The position numbers and the translations under genes are program-made. The notes beneath the pieces were generated by a model, which was not told where the DNA came from, searched no databases, and saw only the letters and a program-made list of their open reading frames with translations. A stretch of 63,209 bases of DNA, the filler included, from Vezdaea acicularis (taxonomy: Eukaryota): assembly GCA_026025075.1 (NCBI GenBank). It is 2 parts of 2 records of this genome, joined end to end, with 100 filler letters (N's around TTAATTAATTAA, not from the genome) between each part and the next. Parts side by side here need not be neighbours in the genome. Positions count along the whole stretch, not along the records: positions 1 to 31,945 come from JAPEUI010000160.1; 1 more part is not named here. One strand, 5' to 3'. This document shows, in pieces, positions 12,587 to 24,688 of the stretch (position 1 is the first letter of the stretch; every line of letters begins with the position of its first letter).

Positions 12587-13415
12587 ATGGCAGGCGGCAA
12601 AGCCACATACCGGAACCTCTCCCGCTCCTCCGCCCACCGGCAAGCCCTCCTCCGCAACCTCGTCACCTCCCTCTTCATCCACGAATCCATCAGCACCACC
12701 TGGCATAAAGCGAAAGAAGCCCAGCGGCTGGCCGAGAAGCTCATCACGCTCGGCAAGAAGAACACTGAGGCGTCCCGGCGGCGCGCTTTACAGATATTCT
12801 ACGTACGTATCGCTCCCCCTATTCCCCTGCGCCGAGCATAAAGCCCTTTAGTGGGCGCAAGGAGAATGTTTGAAGAGTGGTTTGGTTGATGTGACCTGAT
12901 ACTCCGAACAGACACCGCACCAGCTCCTCCCAACACTTTTCGGGCCGCTACGAGAGCGCTACCGCGACCGTCCTGGGGGGTATACGCGGGTATTGCGGCT
13001 GGAGCCGCTGGACGACCAGGCGCCGCGCGCGCTGTTGGAGCTCGTCGATGGGCCGAAGGATATGCGGTTCCTCATGACGGCGAAGGCGCTGAGCGCGCAG
13101 TCGGGGCCCGAGGGGACGGGCATCACCGAGATGACGATGCAGAATGTGGGAAAGGTTACGAGGTTCAGGGAGGGAGGGGTTGGAGCGCTGGAGGAGGCTG
13201 TAAGGAGGGAGGGGGGAAGGTGGAGAGGGAGGAGGGGGAGGAGAGGAAATGAGGTGGTGGAGGTAGATGACGAGGAAGGGAAAGAGGAAGAGGAGGAAGC
13301 GGTGGAGGGGAGGAAGGGTAAGGGGAGGAAGGAGGCGGCTGGTGGGGAGATATATAAGCACAAGAGGAGTTTTTGGAGGGGATTGCTGGAAAAAGGAGGG
13401 GTGAGGGTTGACTAA
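12587..13415 (+). CDS. MRPL8: Mitochondrial ribosomal protein bL17m
   Basis: Exons 12587-12802, 12912-13415. L17 motifs LSRSSAHRQALLRNLVTSL, TTWHKAKE, RYRDRPGGYTRVLRL, LLELVD. Confidence 0.93.
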
Positions 13416-13746
13416 TGAAAGGCGGTGTATTTGTATCTCTGGGATGAGGTAGCATAAGCATTGCATGTCCATTCACTCAGACCACAACCGGCGATCTTGT
13501 TCGTGACAGAGATGGTGACGGGTTGGGCATCGCGTCCAGTACCTGCCAGATTGGATCCTGGAAAGGTTCTGTCAATAACCAGCTGGTAGGCCACAGGCTT
13601 CCAATAGTTGGACTGAGTGCATTTGATCGGTTGTGGATGTGTCCACAGCAGATGGCTACAGAGCAATTCAGCAAACACCGAATGCAATCGCCATGTCATA
13701 TGTCCCAGCCGCCAACCACACCCTTAGCATTATCTTCTCGCCGCAT

Positions 13747-14287
13747 CTATGACCGAGGCTTCTCCTTCTTCTCTTTCCATAAAGCGCTCAAACCCACACC
13801 CGATACCTTCACGACCTTGAATCGCACACCGGGAATATCACCCTTTGCCTTCCCTTTTCGCCCGAAACCCGAGATTAGAACTTCATCGTTCTCATCTACA
13901 AAGTTGAGACAACCGTCATTTGGTACTATTCGGGATTGTCAGCACATCCACTCAGCCATAAATCAGTGTCCGTCCTTGGCCTTCCCTGCCTTGGCATCAT
14001 CTTGAAGGAGAAGAAGTGCATGACCTACCGAAAGCAGTAACTTTCTTCCCGTTCTTGATAAGTTGCACCCTAACACATTTCCGAATAGCAGAGTTCGGCT
14101 GCTTGGCTTCCACGCCGACCTTTTCCAGTACAATGCCCTTGGCGTGGGAAGATCCACCGAATGGAGATGACTTGTAGGCGGTCCCTAGGAGCCGCTTCTT
14201 GTATGTAAGATCTGCCCAGCGTCCTTCACGGCGATGGTTGCGGAGCTTGCGGGCGGCGTTGAGACCGCGGGGCTTGCCTTTACCCAT
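13747..14287 (-). CDS. RPS23: 40S ribosomal protein uS12 (S23)
   Basis: Exons 14287-14029, 13925-13747. [47 protein letters not shown]. Additional 5' UTR intron at 14414-14293. Confidence 0.98.
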
Positions 14288-14699
14288 GATTACTATAAAG
14301 AGTCCCTGTTAGTGGGAATGCTTCAAAAGGGTAGTTTCGCCTTGCTGGTAAGATATGTCAAGGTGATACATGCAAATAGGAAGATTGGTGGGATCGGGTT
14401 CATTTGTTGCTTACCGAATTATATGAGGATCGTAATATAGATCTGCGGAGGATTGGGTGGTAGAGGAGACTTCTTTTCGGCGACGAGGTCGAAGATTCGA
14501 AGTCTCGTCGACCGTTCGCTAATGTGGGCTATGGTTGAACCCTACGACCAATAAGCGAACGACATTAGATACTGCAAGCAACAGCATCATCACCAAGCTT
14601 TGTTGCAACTTTTTCAGTCAATCATCTGATCTCTAAACCTCACATTCAATACCCAGCAACTTCTTACGTTTGAAACTGTCTAATGTCCTACCCGCCACC

Positions 14700-15482
14700 A
14701 TGACCTCTCCATCGCCAAACACATCTCCGACCAAAACCCCATCATCACGCCCCGCCCCTCCCTCGCTCTTCCTCGGCCCCCCTTCCCGCAACAACTCACA
14801 AGCCTCACTTCCCACTCTCCTGTCGCCCCCAGAAAACGTCTCACGCGTGACCAGCACCAGTCCCTCACCGCGCCCCGGTCTCCTCCGCCCGCGCTCGTCC
14901 TTCGCGCCTCTCCGCCGCAACCTCTCCAGCGCACCGAGCGAACCTTCGCCTCTCCACCGTAGCCGTACACCCAACGATGCGTCCTTAGCTCTTGCCTCCG
15001 ATGCACAGAAGCAGAGAGAACGCACAGACGCATTGTGGGTGGAGATGCAGTCCACGCTTGAAGAAGTAGAGCTCTCCGCAAACAAGGGGGCGCATACCTT
15101 CGGCGCTGAGCATGCACACGCCCTAGAGGAGCTACGGACCGCACAGATTGCATTGGCACAGGTGTGGGCAAGATCAGAAGCGGACGAGATGGCGGGAGAG
15201 GTCGGCAAGGACGGAGAGGCGATGGGTGTAGTGAGCGGAAAGGGCTTGCTCGACGGGAGTGATGTTGAGGGGGCGAAGAAGAACCGGAGTGGGCTGGAGG
15301 AGGAGACGGAGAATGATATATTACTAGCGAGGAAGAGGAGAGAGGCGAACGATAGATATTTTATGAGGATTAATGGGGGAGTATTGGATGTGGTGGGGAG
15401 ATTAGAGGGGGTGGCTAATGCGATGAGGAGGGTTGGACGGGAAAGTAGGGAAATTTGGGGTGATGTAGGAGAAAGCCCCTAA
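14700..15482 (+). CDS. Conserved fungal hypothetical protein (Ser/Pro-rich N-terminus, helical C-terminus)
   Basis: Intronless 260-aa ORF from ATG 14700 in a good context (gccaccATG). Helical blocks LWVEMQSTLEEVELSA, HAHALEELRTAQIALAQVW, DILLARKRREANDRYF. Confidence 0.8.
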   Translation: MTSPSPNTSPTKTPSSRPAPPSLFLGPPSRNNSQASLPTLLSPPENVSRVTSTSPSPRPGLLRPRSSFAPLRRNLSSAPSEPSPLHRSRTPNDASLALASDAQKQRERTDALWVEMQSTLEEVELSANKGAHTFGAEHAHALEELRTAQIALAQVWARSEADEMAGEVGKDGEAMGVVSGKGLLDGSDVEGAKKNRSGLEEETENDILLARKRREANDRYFMRINGGVLDVVGRLEGVANAMRRVGRESREIWGDVGESP

Positions 15483-15759
15483 TGGAGGAATTTTGAAGGT
15501 GCATACTGTTGCTGTTCATTTCTAGGTTGTTTGGTAAGAGCGCATGGCGTTTTTAGGGCTGATCTGCTTCGTATAATACGATCAAGAGAGTTTGCAGTAA
15601 CGTCGACCCAGCTATACTAGAGCCACGCAGTCTCTCCCTACGCTGCCTGATTCATCACAGTTGTAAGAAGAACAAATTAGAATGCCTACTCGTAATGCTG
15701 GTATCTAAGACCTCGCTTCAATTTATCTAACTAGATCAATGTAACACGGGAAACAACCC

Positions 15760-17460
15760 CTATCGACTCCAGCCTCTTGATGGGGCAACAGCTTCCTCCT
15801 GGACGAACGTGTTTAACTCATTTCCATTTGACTCACAGTCCTGGAATAATCCAATCTCCTCCTCGCTAGTATTAGTGACTGGTATATCATCTACTTTCTT
15901 CACAGCCCCTTGTTGCATCGCGACATAGATTGCGCTTCCTAGAATCAAACTGGATCCAAGTATTGACATCGCTCCAGGTGTAATACCCCATATGATTTTA
16001 TCGAAAGCTAATGCAAAAAGCATCGACGTGTAGGTCATGTTTGTTGCTCGAGAGGATTTTTCATGTGAAAGACCCGCTGTAAGGAGAAATTGCTTCACAA
16101 GAACACTCATTAATTGTGGACTGGAATAGTTCAAAAGGGCCTGGAAAACCCACAGTAAGGAAACCACAAGCACCCAGGAATACCAAATAGAACCATTCTT
16201 TCGCATCTGCAGGCACTTTAAAGCCTACGCTAGGTACTACTACCAAAGCGACAGTGCTAACAACTGTGCACCAAATAGCGAAGTAGTTCACAGATATCAG
16301 CGGGTGAGCTCGTTTGCCAATCCACCGAATGGTTGTATAAGCACACTATGCTCAGTTAGTAGGCTCTAGAATAAGGAGCTTGCATGTTGTCCTACGCCTG
16401 CGCCTAGAACACCTAGCATAGCCATGCATATCGCACTCATTCTTTGCGCTGCAGTAGCCCCTTCAATTTGAGTTTGTACACCAGCGTCCGCGCTGCCGTT
16501 AGTCATAGGGATACTATCTGGAAAGCCATTGGCAAGACCGCTAGCGCTTGAACTCGCGAAAAATGATACCGGGCGGGCAATCAGGACGACACCTAGGAGG
16601 GAGACAAAGGCTGCAATTTGTTCGGTGCGTGTGAATGGTTCATTGATTAGCAGTGAGCATGCCCAGCAGGTGAGTATCGGAGCCAAAAATGTCAACACCG
16701 TTGCTTCTGAAAGCGGAAGATAAAGGAGCGAGTCTTATTTGATATGAATTAGTCCGATGACACTTTGAGTTTCACTATACAACTAGAGGCTTACAATATA
16801 GTCCGAAAACTCCAAAAAAACCCCCCAAACCCCGAGCAACTAGTAGTACCCTAACCTCAGGCTTCCCCAATGGAAATTCTGCAACTTTGGTGCGCCACAT
16901 ATAGAGCATGCACAGGACAGAGGTGATACTCATACGCGCAAAAAGAATCTGTGGTACGAAAAGCTGTGTTTAGCTTTGCGCAGAACAGAATTCTAACACT
17001 GACTAACCTGCAGCGGGTGCATCCCCATGCCATCACCTCCATGGGTCTCTAGAAGACGAGTTGTGACACTCATAAGACCACCAAAAACTTGAGCGCATAC
17101 CACTAATGTGACGCCCTTGTTCCTCAACCAGAAAGCATCCCATCTACGCCTCCAGATCCCTAGGGAAGCGGAAGATGAATTTTGCGGTGCCCAATTTCTG
17201 GTAGGAAACCTGACATGACTCCCTTGTTCATTGTCATTATCAATGGTAGTAAGAGATAGACTCGAGATAGCGTCTATAGAATGAGGAAACGAGTCACTAG
17301 CAGGCGCTTCAAAACACTGCGGTCTACTGCCATCTCCTTTGTTTTCTGGCTTGCTTGGTAGAAAGTCTCTTGACTCCGGGAGCGCCGTTGAGGCGCTAGA
17401 TTCGCCTATAAGGACTGGAGTTTTGCCATCGTATATCTCCGACTTCGGAGGGTCGGACAT
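15760..17460 (-). CDS. EamA/DMT-superfamily drug/metabolite transporter
   Basis: Exons 17460-17008, 16948-16795, 16733-16396, 16345-16154, 16092-15760. About 10 hydrophobic helices; motifs MHPLQILFARMSIT, LPLSEATVLTFLAP, IRWIGKRAHPLISVNYF. Confidence 0.88.
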
Positions 17461-17576
17461 ATCTATTCATTAGGGCCTGCGGAAACCCAATGCTCAAGTG
17501 CAGAGAAATACGTTGCAATAACGAATGGAAGAATAACTAGAACAAAGGAAAGATAGAGGTACGGCCTTATAGGCCA

Positions 17577-17583
17577 TGACTCA
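17577..17583. promoter_or_regulatory. TGACTCA Gcn4/CpcA-type site upstream of the EamA transporter
   Basis: Exact AP-1/GCRE heptamer about 120 nt upstream of the ATG. It is a single short motif. Confidence 0.3.
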
Positions 17584-18133
17584 ATGTCCGAGAACGGCTC
17601 CACATGGCGTGCGAGAGTGACATGGTTAAGATACGGCGCCACTCCATACCGGTTCTCGCACGGGCACGCGAGCAGAAACGGAATCCATAGTACAGGTATA
17701 TCAATATGTAACGTAAGCTATGCTTCTATGGACCTATATGGACCCTCGAGAAAGTGGCGCCAGGTTGTGAGTGGGGTGTTGCGATTTAGCGCAAGTTTTG
17801 GAGAATAATTTAGTGGTGGAGCATTTGCCGAACTGCCGCGCCCTTTGACGGTGCATACATCATTAGTTTAAAGGCCCGAAACCCCCCCGGCAACTAGAGC
17901 AAGCCCGTCCAACGCATTCAGCTTTGGCGAGTCCATGTGCTCCCCTAGTAATTGCTTGGTACAAGCGCAACTTCAAACGCCTTGGCGATCACAGCGTGGA
18001 GTAATGCTCAGGATCGTGTTCTAAGGAATGGGTAGAATGCGACAGATGCGACACTTTTTAAGTGTGAGATGCGCGCTGTATATGCATGCCGGAAGGACAA
18101 GTGGTACGGCTTGTGATCTAGCGACAAGCCTGC

Positions 18134-19450
18134 TCATGTCAATGGTCTGGCGAAGGCTTGATAGGTCGTACCGTTTTTAATTATCGAACTTTCAGGATGG
18201 AGAAGTCGCGCTCGTTTCGCAGCAAGAGATGCCTCCCGTTTCTGATCGCCCTCAATCTTGAGTTCCTTGAGCTCTAGAACCCGGCCATCGCAGGTCCAAA
18301 CCAGTAGTTGCGAGTTTCGTTCATTACATAGTTGGAAAGGAGTGCCCGGGGAAATATGTGGGAGGTTGTCTTCATCGACAACGCCAAATCCTGAAAATGT
18401 GACGCGTAGATGATCAGAAACGGTGCCCGTCCGATGCTTTGTGAATGGGATTGCCATGTTCCACAGCCCTCCTAAGACGCGATCTGTGCGAAGTATTCGA
18501 TTTGCGTCCCAGACCCTCCAGTCAAGCTTTCGATCACTCGCTTGAAATCTTGGAGCAGGCTGAATACCCAGAAGATCCCGCCCTCCTTTATGCCAGCCTA
18601 CTTGTTCAAGGGGGGGAACAAATAAACGCTCCCTAATCCCCTTCATCAGGATGTCCGCGCCCTTGGGAGCTAGAAGATCTCGGAGATGCTCGAATGAACA
18701 ATGCATTGGGTCTGGTATCTCGATGTCCTTGATCTGTGCAAGCGTTATGCCATCATCGAACCGCTTGCTGTCGAGTGTTTGGAGGGTGATGCCCGTTGTC
18801 TTTCGTTCGAGTAGTAATGCCCAATGTATAGGAGCAGCGCCCCGAAGGCTGAAAGGACATTAGTAACTTCCTGCATATCATTTTGGGTAGGGTTTCAGAC
18901 TCAGGGAGAAGAGATGGGTGCACGTTTAAACCACGGTATTTGGTGGCATCAAGTACTCGCGATGGCACGAATCGACCAAAGGACACGGCAATAAGCAAGT
19001 TGTATGGCCATGAGGGTAGAGGCTGTCTGAGTTATCAAGTGCCATATATGGAAGAGGTATTTACTCACCTGGAAGGAGTCCCAACGATCATCTAGAAGGT
19101 GCACTTGTAAACCTAGGTCCTTAGCTAAGGCTATGATCGGTACTTCCAAAAGTTAGCTTCAAGCTGAAAATGATCTAATGGAGATAGCTACCTTCTCGTA
19201 TGCTCTTGCCGCCTCTGCCAAACCTCTTCGGCTTGAGACATAACACGTCGATAGACTGCACCAAGTCAGGGTTCTTGAGGCGCTCAGCATTGAGAGCTTG
19301 AAGAGGCGCCGCGCTGAATTCGTCCGATCCGCAGAAGAGAACACGAAGCGGGTCGCAGGTCTTGCTGTGACTTCTCCGTATATTCTGAGCATAACCTGAG
19401 GAGAAGAGCCTAGGGAAATTTGGAAATCTCATTCGCGAGAAATTCCGCAT
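18134..19450 (-). CDS. FMT1: Mitochondrial methionyl-tRNA formyltransferase
   Basis: Exons 19450-19192, 19142-19069, 19022-18901, 18848-18134. Arg-rich presequence; LRVLFCGSDEFS, IAVSFG, LNVHPSLLPDLRGAAPIHW, TGITLQTL, FDDGITL. Confidence 0.92.
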
Positions 19451-19626
19451 ACGAGCCCAAGCTGCTGTGTCCGTGTAGCCAGATAATCATCTGGTTTTGG
19501 GCGATCACCGGTTTCCGAACTGTCCTTGCCGAGGTTTCGATGTTGATGTTCTTTAAGGTTTTGGCAAACGGTATCTAAGATTAACCTTCCCAACATACTG
19601 GTCCTCATGTCCAACTAAACAATGCA

Positions 19627-22372
19627 ATGCTTGGTGACTCTACACGCCAACCGGGCATCACGCCTGCACGGCTCTCTCATCTTGCTGTATATAATCCTGC
19701 GTTGGGCAGTACTGATGAGACCATTCACGATCAGGTTGTCTTCTACTACTCAAGGAAGAACAGGGCCAGGCGAAAGCAAAGTGCGAGAGATGCAGAGCAC
19801 GAAAGAGAGACGCAAGCCGAAAAGGACGAGAAGCTTAGGCAGATTGGGCTGGCTCAAGGGATGATGGAATTTGCGAAGTACGTTTATTAATAACCCGAAA
19901 TTTATACGGCATTGGTCTAAATAATCTACAGAAGCTTTTCGGATAGCGAAGCAGTCGATACTGTTGAGACAGAGAAGTCTAGAGTCATTATGCATGAACT
20001 TGAAGTAGGATGGTGGATTCTTGTGGTGAGTAAAGCTCTCGTAAGCTGCTGCACATAGTGCTGACCATATGGAAAGTCAATTGACCTCACGCGCCTTCCT
20101 TCCAGATCGTCGAGGCAGAACACATCAAGGTCGAGCCCAGACCCCTTCCCGTCGATAGAATATTCGGCGCGGGAGGTATGCCCTCCGAAGTTGATTCTAC
20201 AACAGGTCCTCCGTGCACACTCTATCTTTCTATTACATCATGCACAGTCCCTTGCTCATCTGTTTAAGCGTGTATCAAGGGCTAAGTTCTGCGCCGCCAT
20301 GGAAAGATTTTGGACCCCTTTCTGTCGGAACTGGGATGTGCTACTCAAAGGAAACCCAGCTGTTGACATCTTTGGAGGCATAAAACTAGCTGCAGGTGGG
20401 GAACTTGGCATCGGAGTCGGTGAAGAAGATTGGGGAAGTGGTGAACGGGAGGTCTTAGAATGGTTCATCCATAAAACCGAGGGATTGGTCGATCTTATTG
20501 TTTCAAGATTCGGAGATGAGAACGCCCAAGCGAACAGCAAAGACGGCCAAGTAGGACCTCGAATCGAGAGTACCTGGCTTGGCTCTGGATCATTTCTTGC
20601 CCCAACGGACGGTGTCATTTTTAGCGGTACGGGCGCCATATCTCGATCATCCCTTCAAGCGATCTCAAGCTGGATGGAACTCTTCTACACCCAAGGCAGC
20701 CGTGCTTTTGGGATACGCGATAGTCCAAGCGCCGCGCCAAGGCGCAAGAGAGCTTTACGTCCGCGCTATGGGCGAGATGCGCACTCAAACGAGACGCAAG
20801 ATAGCCCGAGCCTTGGGATAGGCAAAGGTGTGGAATCTGCTGAGGAGCATGAAATTATCAAAAGTGGGAGGCAAGCCTCTCCAGCGCATGGATCCTTACT
20901 GCTCATACCTCCTCCCATTGTCCCTGGAGTGATGGCCACTACTCACGTAGAAAAGGGAGCAGAAGACGGAAAGGTCCCCAACCTTTATAGAAAGGCGCGA
21001 ACCTCAGAACAAAGCGAACCTCAGAGTAAAGGTCCTGAAAAGTCTAGATATATCTCATCTGGGAGCATGATGAATTACCTCAAGTTGGGCTATGGAACCA
21101 CATGGGGGCCTCAGTCTAAACATAACCCGGAGATACCTTATCCAGAGGCTAGAGATAGCAGTGGCAAGGGGGCTAGGGATAGCCATAAAGATAAGACCGG
21201 AGAGCTCATCTCGACAGCCAACATAGGCCCAGGAGAAAATGGTGATGGTGATGGTGATGATGACGAAGATGATGATACAAGGAGAGGTTCTGTAAAAGGA
21301 CAGGACCAAGGGGGTGGCCACTACTTGATTGGTCTCCGAGGAGACCTTGAGCAAAGTGATGGATCCGAGAACGACCACGAATCTTTTCAGCAAGATCATA
21401 ACGTCAACCCTTCGCAAGAGCACCTGAAAAGCAGAACAGTCCCACGGATAATTCGTGTGGAGGTGAATAAGAAAGCTTCTATTAGCCAAGAAGATCAGAC
21501 AGATCGTGATGACACAGCAGACCTGGAAAGATCTACCTTTGACCCTAGTACTCTTGACGATCTATCTTCGCGCCAGGACTCGGTGTTTAGCCGTAGTAGC
21601 AACTTCCGAAAGCTGAGAGTTGTAGTCTATGTCGTAAGCAAACCTTTCCTCCGTCTCCGGAGTCCATCAGTTGCTAATTTGATCGAATAAGCATCAACCA
21701 TTCGTATTTACGCTCCTTTTCGAGCTTGGCACACCAGCCTTGGCTCTTCCTAGTTTCTATCGGTCACTGCATTACCAGCTCAGTCCCTTGCAACAACCGC
21801 TTCTAATATCCACAGACCCGGTTAAGGTGCTTGGCAGGATATCAGATGCCAAGACTGTATTACCCTCCAGAAGCTCACAGCCCATATATGACGTTGTGTT
21901 TGATCCAAGAACCCTAACTGTTCATTCGACAATTCCAAATATTCCAGAGCCAGAGCAACTGACGCCTCGGCCACATTCCTCTTATTTTTCTGACTGGAGT
22001 CGGCTTGAGGCGTTGAATGTGCACATGCAGATTTTGAGCATATATGAATCGACAAGGCGAAGATCCGCGGAACTTGAGAGAACCTGTAAGACAAGCAGAG
22101 ATTGGTGGGTCGTATGGATGCGGCTGCCCCCCTCCCAAGCAATTCCGCTATCAGATGCAGAACAGGGACATCCAGTCTTATTTCGTGAGGCTTTCTTGGT
22201 GAGACGAGCTAGCGATCACGTTTCTCAGATGCCACGCATTACGAATCGTGTTTTGAGAAGGGATATCAGCGGCAGCACTGAGAGTAGCAGCTGGACTCCA
22301 AGCAAGCTTGCTGACGGTATAGGAGTGGATACTAGGAAGTATATCGAGGGTCTACTTAGTCTAAATCGCTAA
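19627..22372 (+). CDS. CCZ1: Vacuolar fusion protein Ccz1 (subunit of the Mon1-Ccz1 Rab7 GEF)
   Basis: Exons 19627-19877, 19932-20025, 20077-21633, 21692-22372. PARLSHLAVYNPALG, EKLRQIGLAQGMMEFA, ELEVGWWIL, ERTCKTSRDWWVVWMR, GIGVDTRKYIEGLLSLNR. Confidence 0.88.
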
Positions 22373-22539
22373 TGACCTTATGGAGCATGTGGAATTTCGG
22401 CCTCATCCTTCATTTCCCTTAAGGAACGGGGCGTTGATGGCTCATGTTCTAGTATAGTATGGCCTAAGCATCATAGAAGTAGAGCTCAGCTGTCCGCTGG
22501 CCTCTAAATCCTGTCTCCTTAAAAACTCCCCTTCTTTTC

Positions 22540-23207
22540 CTACGAAGCCCCGCTGTGCCCTTTGACAGCGAGAAGCTCTTTCTTCAGTTCTCTTTTCTCC
22601 ATTTCAAGCTCTTCGATTCTCGAAGAGAGTTGATCCATCTGGTCAGCAGCCCCCGCACTCAGTTCTTCAACGATCTTGAAGATACGCCATAATCGGAGAA
22701 TGACCACAAGAGAGGCAATCTCCTCAACGACGCCGTGTAGGAGCACATCTACTACGAATCCGGCAGTAATGACAGATGCGTCAAAACAGTGAAACTTGGA
22801 ATGGAAATATCTGGGACGGATAAGCAATTAGTCTGAAGTTAGTGATATAATAACAAATCTGAGTCTTACGATGAGCCAAAAGCCCAAATCGAAGCCAACA
22901 ATTCTGCCATGAATAGGCAGGAAAACACTAAGCTCACGACATTAAGAACGTCTCGGGTAATGTCCCAGGCGGGGTCAATCTTGTTATCATGATCGCATTG
23001 GTAAAGGCTTATGAAGATATCGGCGAAAATGCAGCTGACGTCTAGGGAGACTAAGATGAAGACGAAGTAGTGTCCAAGCTTTGAGCATAAAAAGTCTCGT
23101 ACTGAAGCTTGGAGACGGGTGAAAAATGTTCCTCTATGTTCTTCGATGGTATTGTCTGACCCATCGTAGCGACTTGAGCCGCGTTCGAGTAGCGGCTGGG
23201 CGCTCAT
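22540..23207 (-). CDS. HV1: Voltage-gated proton channel Hv1-like protein
   Basis: Exons 23207-22870, 22810-22540. Four TM segments and no pore domain; S1 Asp (VSLDVS), S2 F-x2-E (LFMAEL), S3 Asp (HCFDA), S4 LRLWRIFKI, C-terminal coiled coil. Confidence 0.85.
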
Positions 23208-23719
23208 CGTTGCCAAGCTTTGACTTAAACAAGTACTCCCCGTTAGAGTATTCGCCCAAAATGGATTCTGCAGACCCGAAGCTGGTTATTTGATCACCTC
23301 GCGGCAAAGGAAAGAACACATCAAAGAATTGTTCTGTCATCTAATAAGCCATGAAACCGTATGGAAATATTCAAGAGATAACGGAGTAGATTCGCATAGC
23401 GGGCAGAAAGCTATCGCCCGACCTTTCCCTTTCTGGTTCGCTTAATATTTTATGGACTTCACTGCTTGACACGGCGCGAGATAATCTTTAAACGAAGGAG
23501 TGAGCCAGTGACAAAAAGGTTGCTAGTTACATCCGAATATTCAACAGATCCTTAGACTTATTATAATCTGCTCTCCGTCAGTGGTCTGACCGGCTAGCTT
23601 CATATATCATACTCTTGAGAATCATCTCTTCTACTACAAAGGGGTAGAACCACCTGGTACTCGACCTTCACTTTGCGAAAAGGCTGATCTAGCTCTAGGT
23701 TTACCTTCTAGCGTTAGCA

Positions 23720-24688
23720 ATGTCTACGAATGACCTCAAAGCCGGTCGGGATGACCCAGCTAAGTTAGAGGACGAAGATGCGAATGATGAGGTACGTCTT
23801 AGGGGATGTGCTGTACTCTACTCTCTGCCGTGTGGTGTGCATATTCGAAGATTTCATCTTTCGAACATGATCCTATCGCATGATACCATCTGAGCTTTGT
23901 TGTTGAACCAAGAAGTCATATCTCCAACCCATGTCCACTCTCAGCCGAAGTGTAATGTAGTTGCTGACCCAGTCAATGTTTAGGAAGAGATTCTCGAGAT
24001 GAAACGCCGAGTAGCTAAGATGGAGGAAGAAGCTGCGGAGTTGCGTGAAGTTCAACAGCAAATCTCAGAACAGAAGGAAGAGCTGCGAGAAGATCGTGAA
24101 GATGTCGATGGGCGGAGTATCTTTGTGGGAAATGTTGACTATCAAGCAACGCCTGAAGAGATCCAAGCCCATTTCCAGAGCTGCGGCTCAATAAATCGCG
24201 TCACAATCTTGTTGGACAAGTTTACGGGGCATCCAAAAGGGTTGGTCTCCTTAATGTCAACAGCACATTGATTCAGGCACCAGATGCCACTCGATATCTG
24301 TTCCTACCCGATCACCGCTATGTCGCTGCCTGGCAAGAGATGGGCGCTAATGGGATCATGCAGGTATGCGTACGTAGAGTTCACCGAGCCAAGCTTCGTC
24401 ACTCAAGCTCTGGTGTTGAATGAGAGTCTCTTCAGGGGCAGAAATCTGAAGGTTAGCTATTCCTCTTATTCACATCCCTTTCAACATGCCGTTCCTGGCT
24501 GACTCGTTCTAAACTATCAGGTTGTGAGTAAACGCACGAACATTCCGGGGATGGTACGTGGCCGAGGCCGAGGAGGTGCTAGAGGAGGTGGGGGCCGTGG
24601 CGGATATGGTCGTGGCGGCTACCCTCCTCGGGGTGGAAGCTATCGAGGTGGTTATCGAGGCCGGGGTCGCGGGTACTCTCCATACTAG
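23720..24688 (+). CDS. PAB2: Nuclear poly(A)-binding protein (PABPN1/Pab2/Sgn1-like)
   Basis: Exons 23720-23791, 23984-24240, 24364-24451, 24521-24688. Coiled coil, single RRM ([16 protein letters not shown]), RGG-rich tail ending in GYSPY*. Confidence 0.93.

Noticed and set aside
13926..14028. Box C/D snoRNA in the RPS23 intron (ATGATGC...CTGA...CTGA on the minus strand)
   Set aside because: Imperfect C box, span too short, no terminal stem and no rRNA guide that I can identify; a snoscan/Infernal hit would be needed.
17811..17825. tRNA A-box-like TAGTGGTGGAGCAT
   Set aside because: No downstream GTTCRA box and no cloverleaf.
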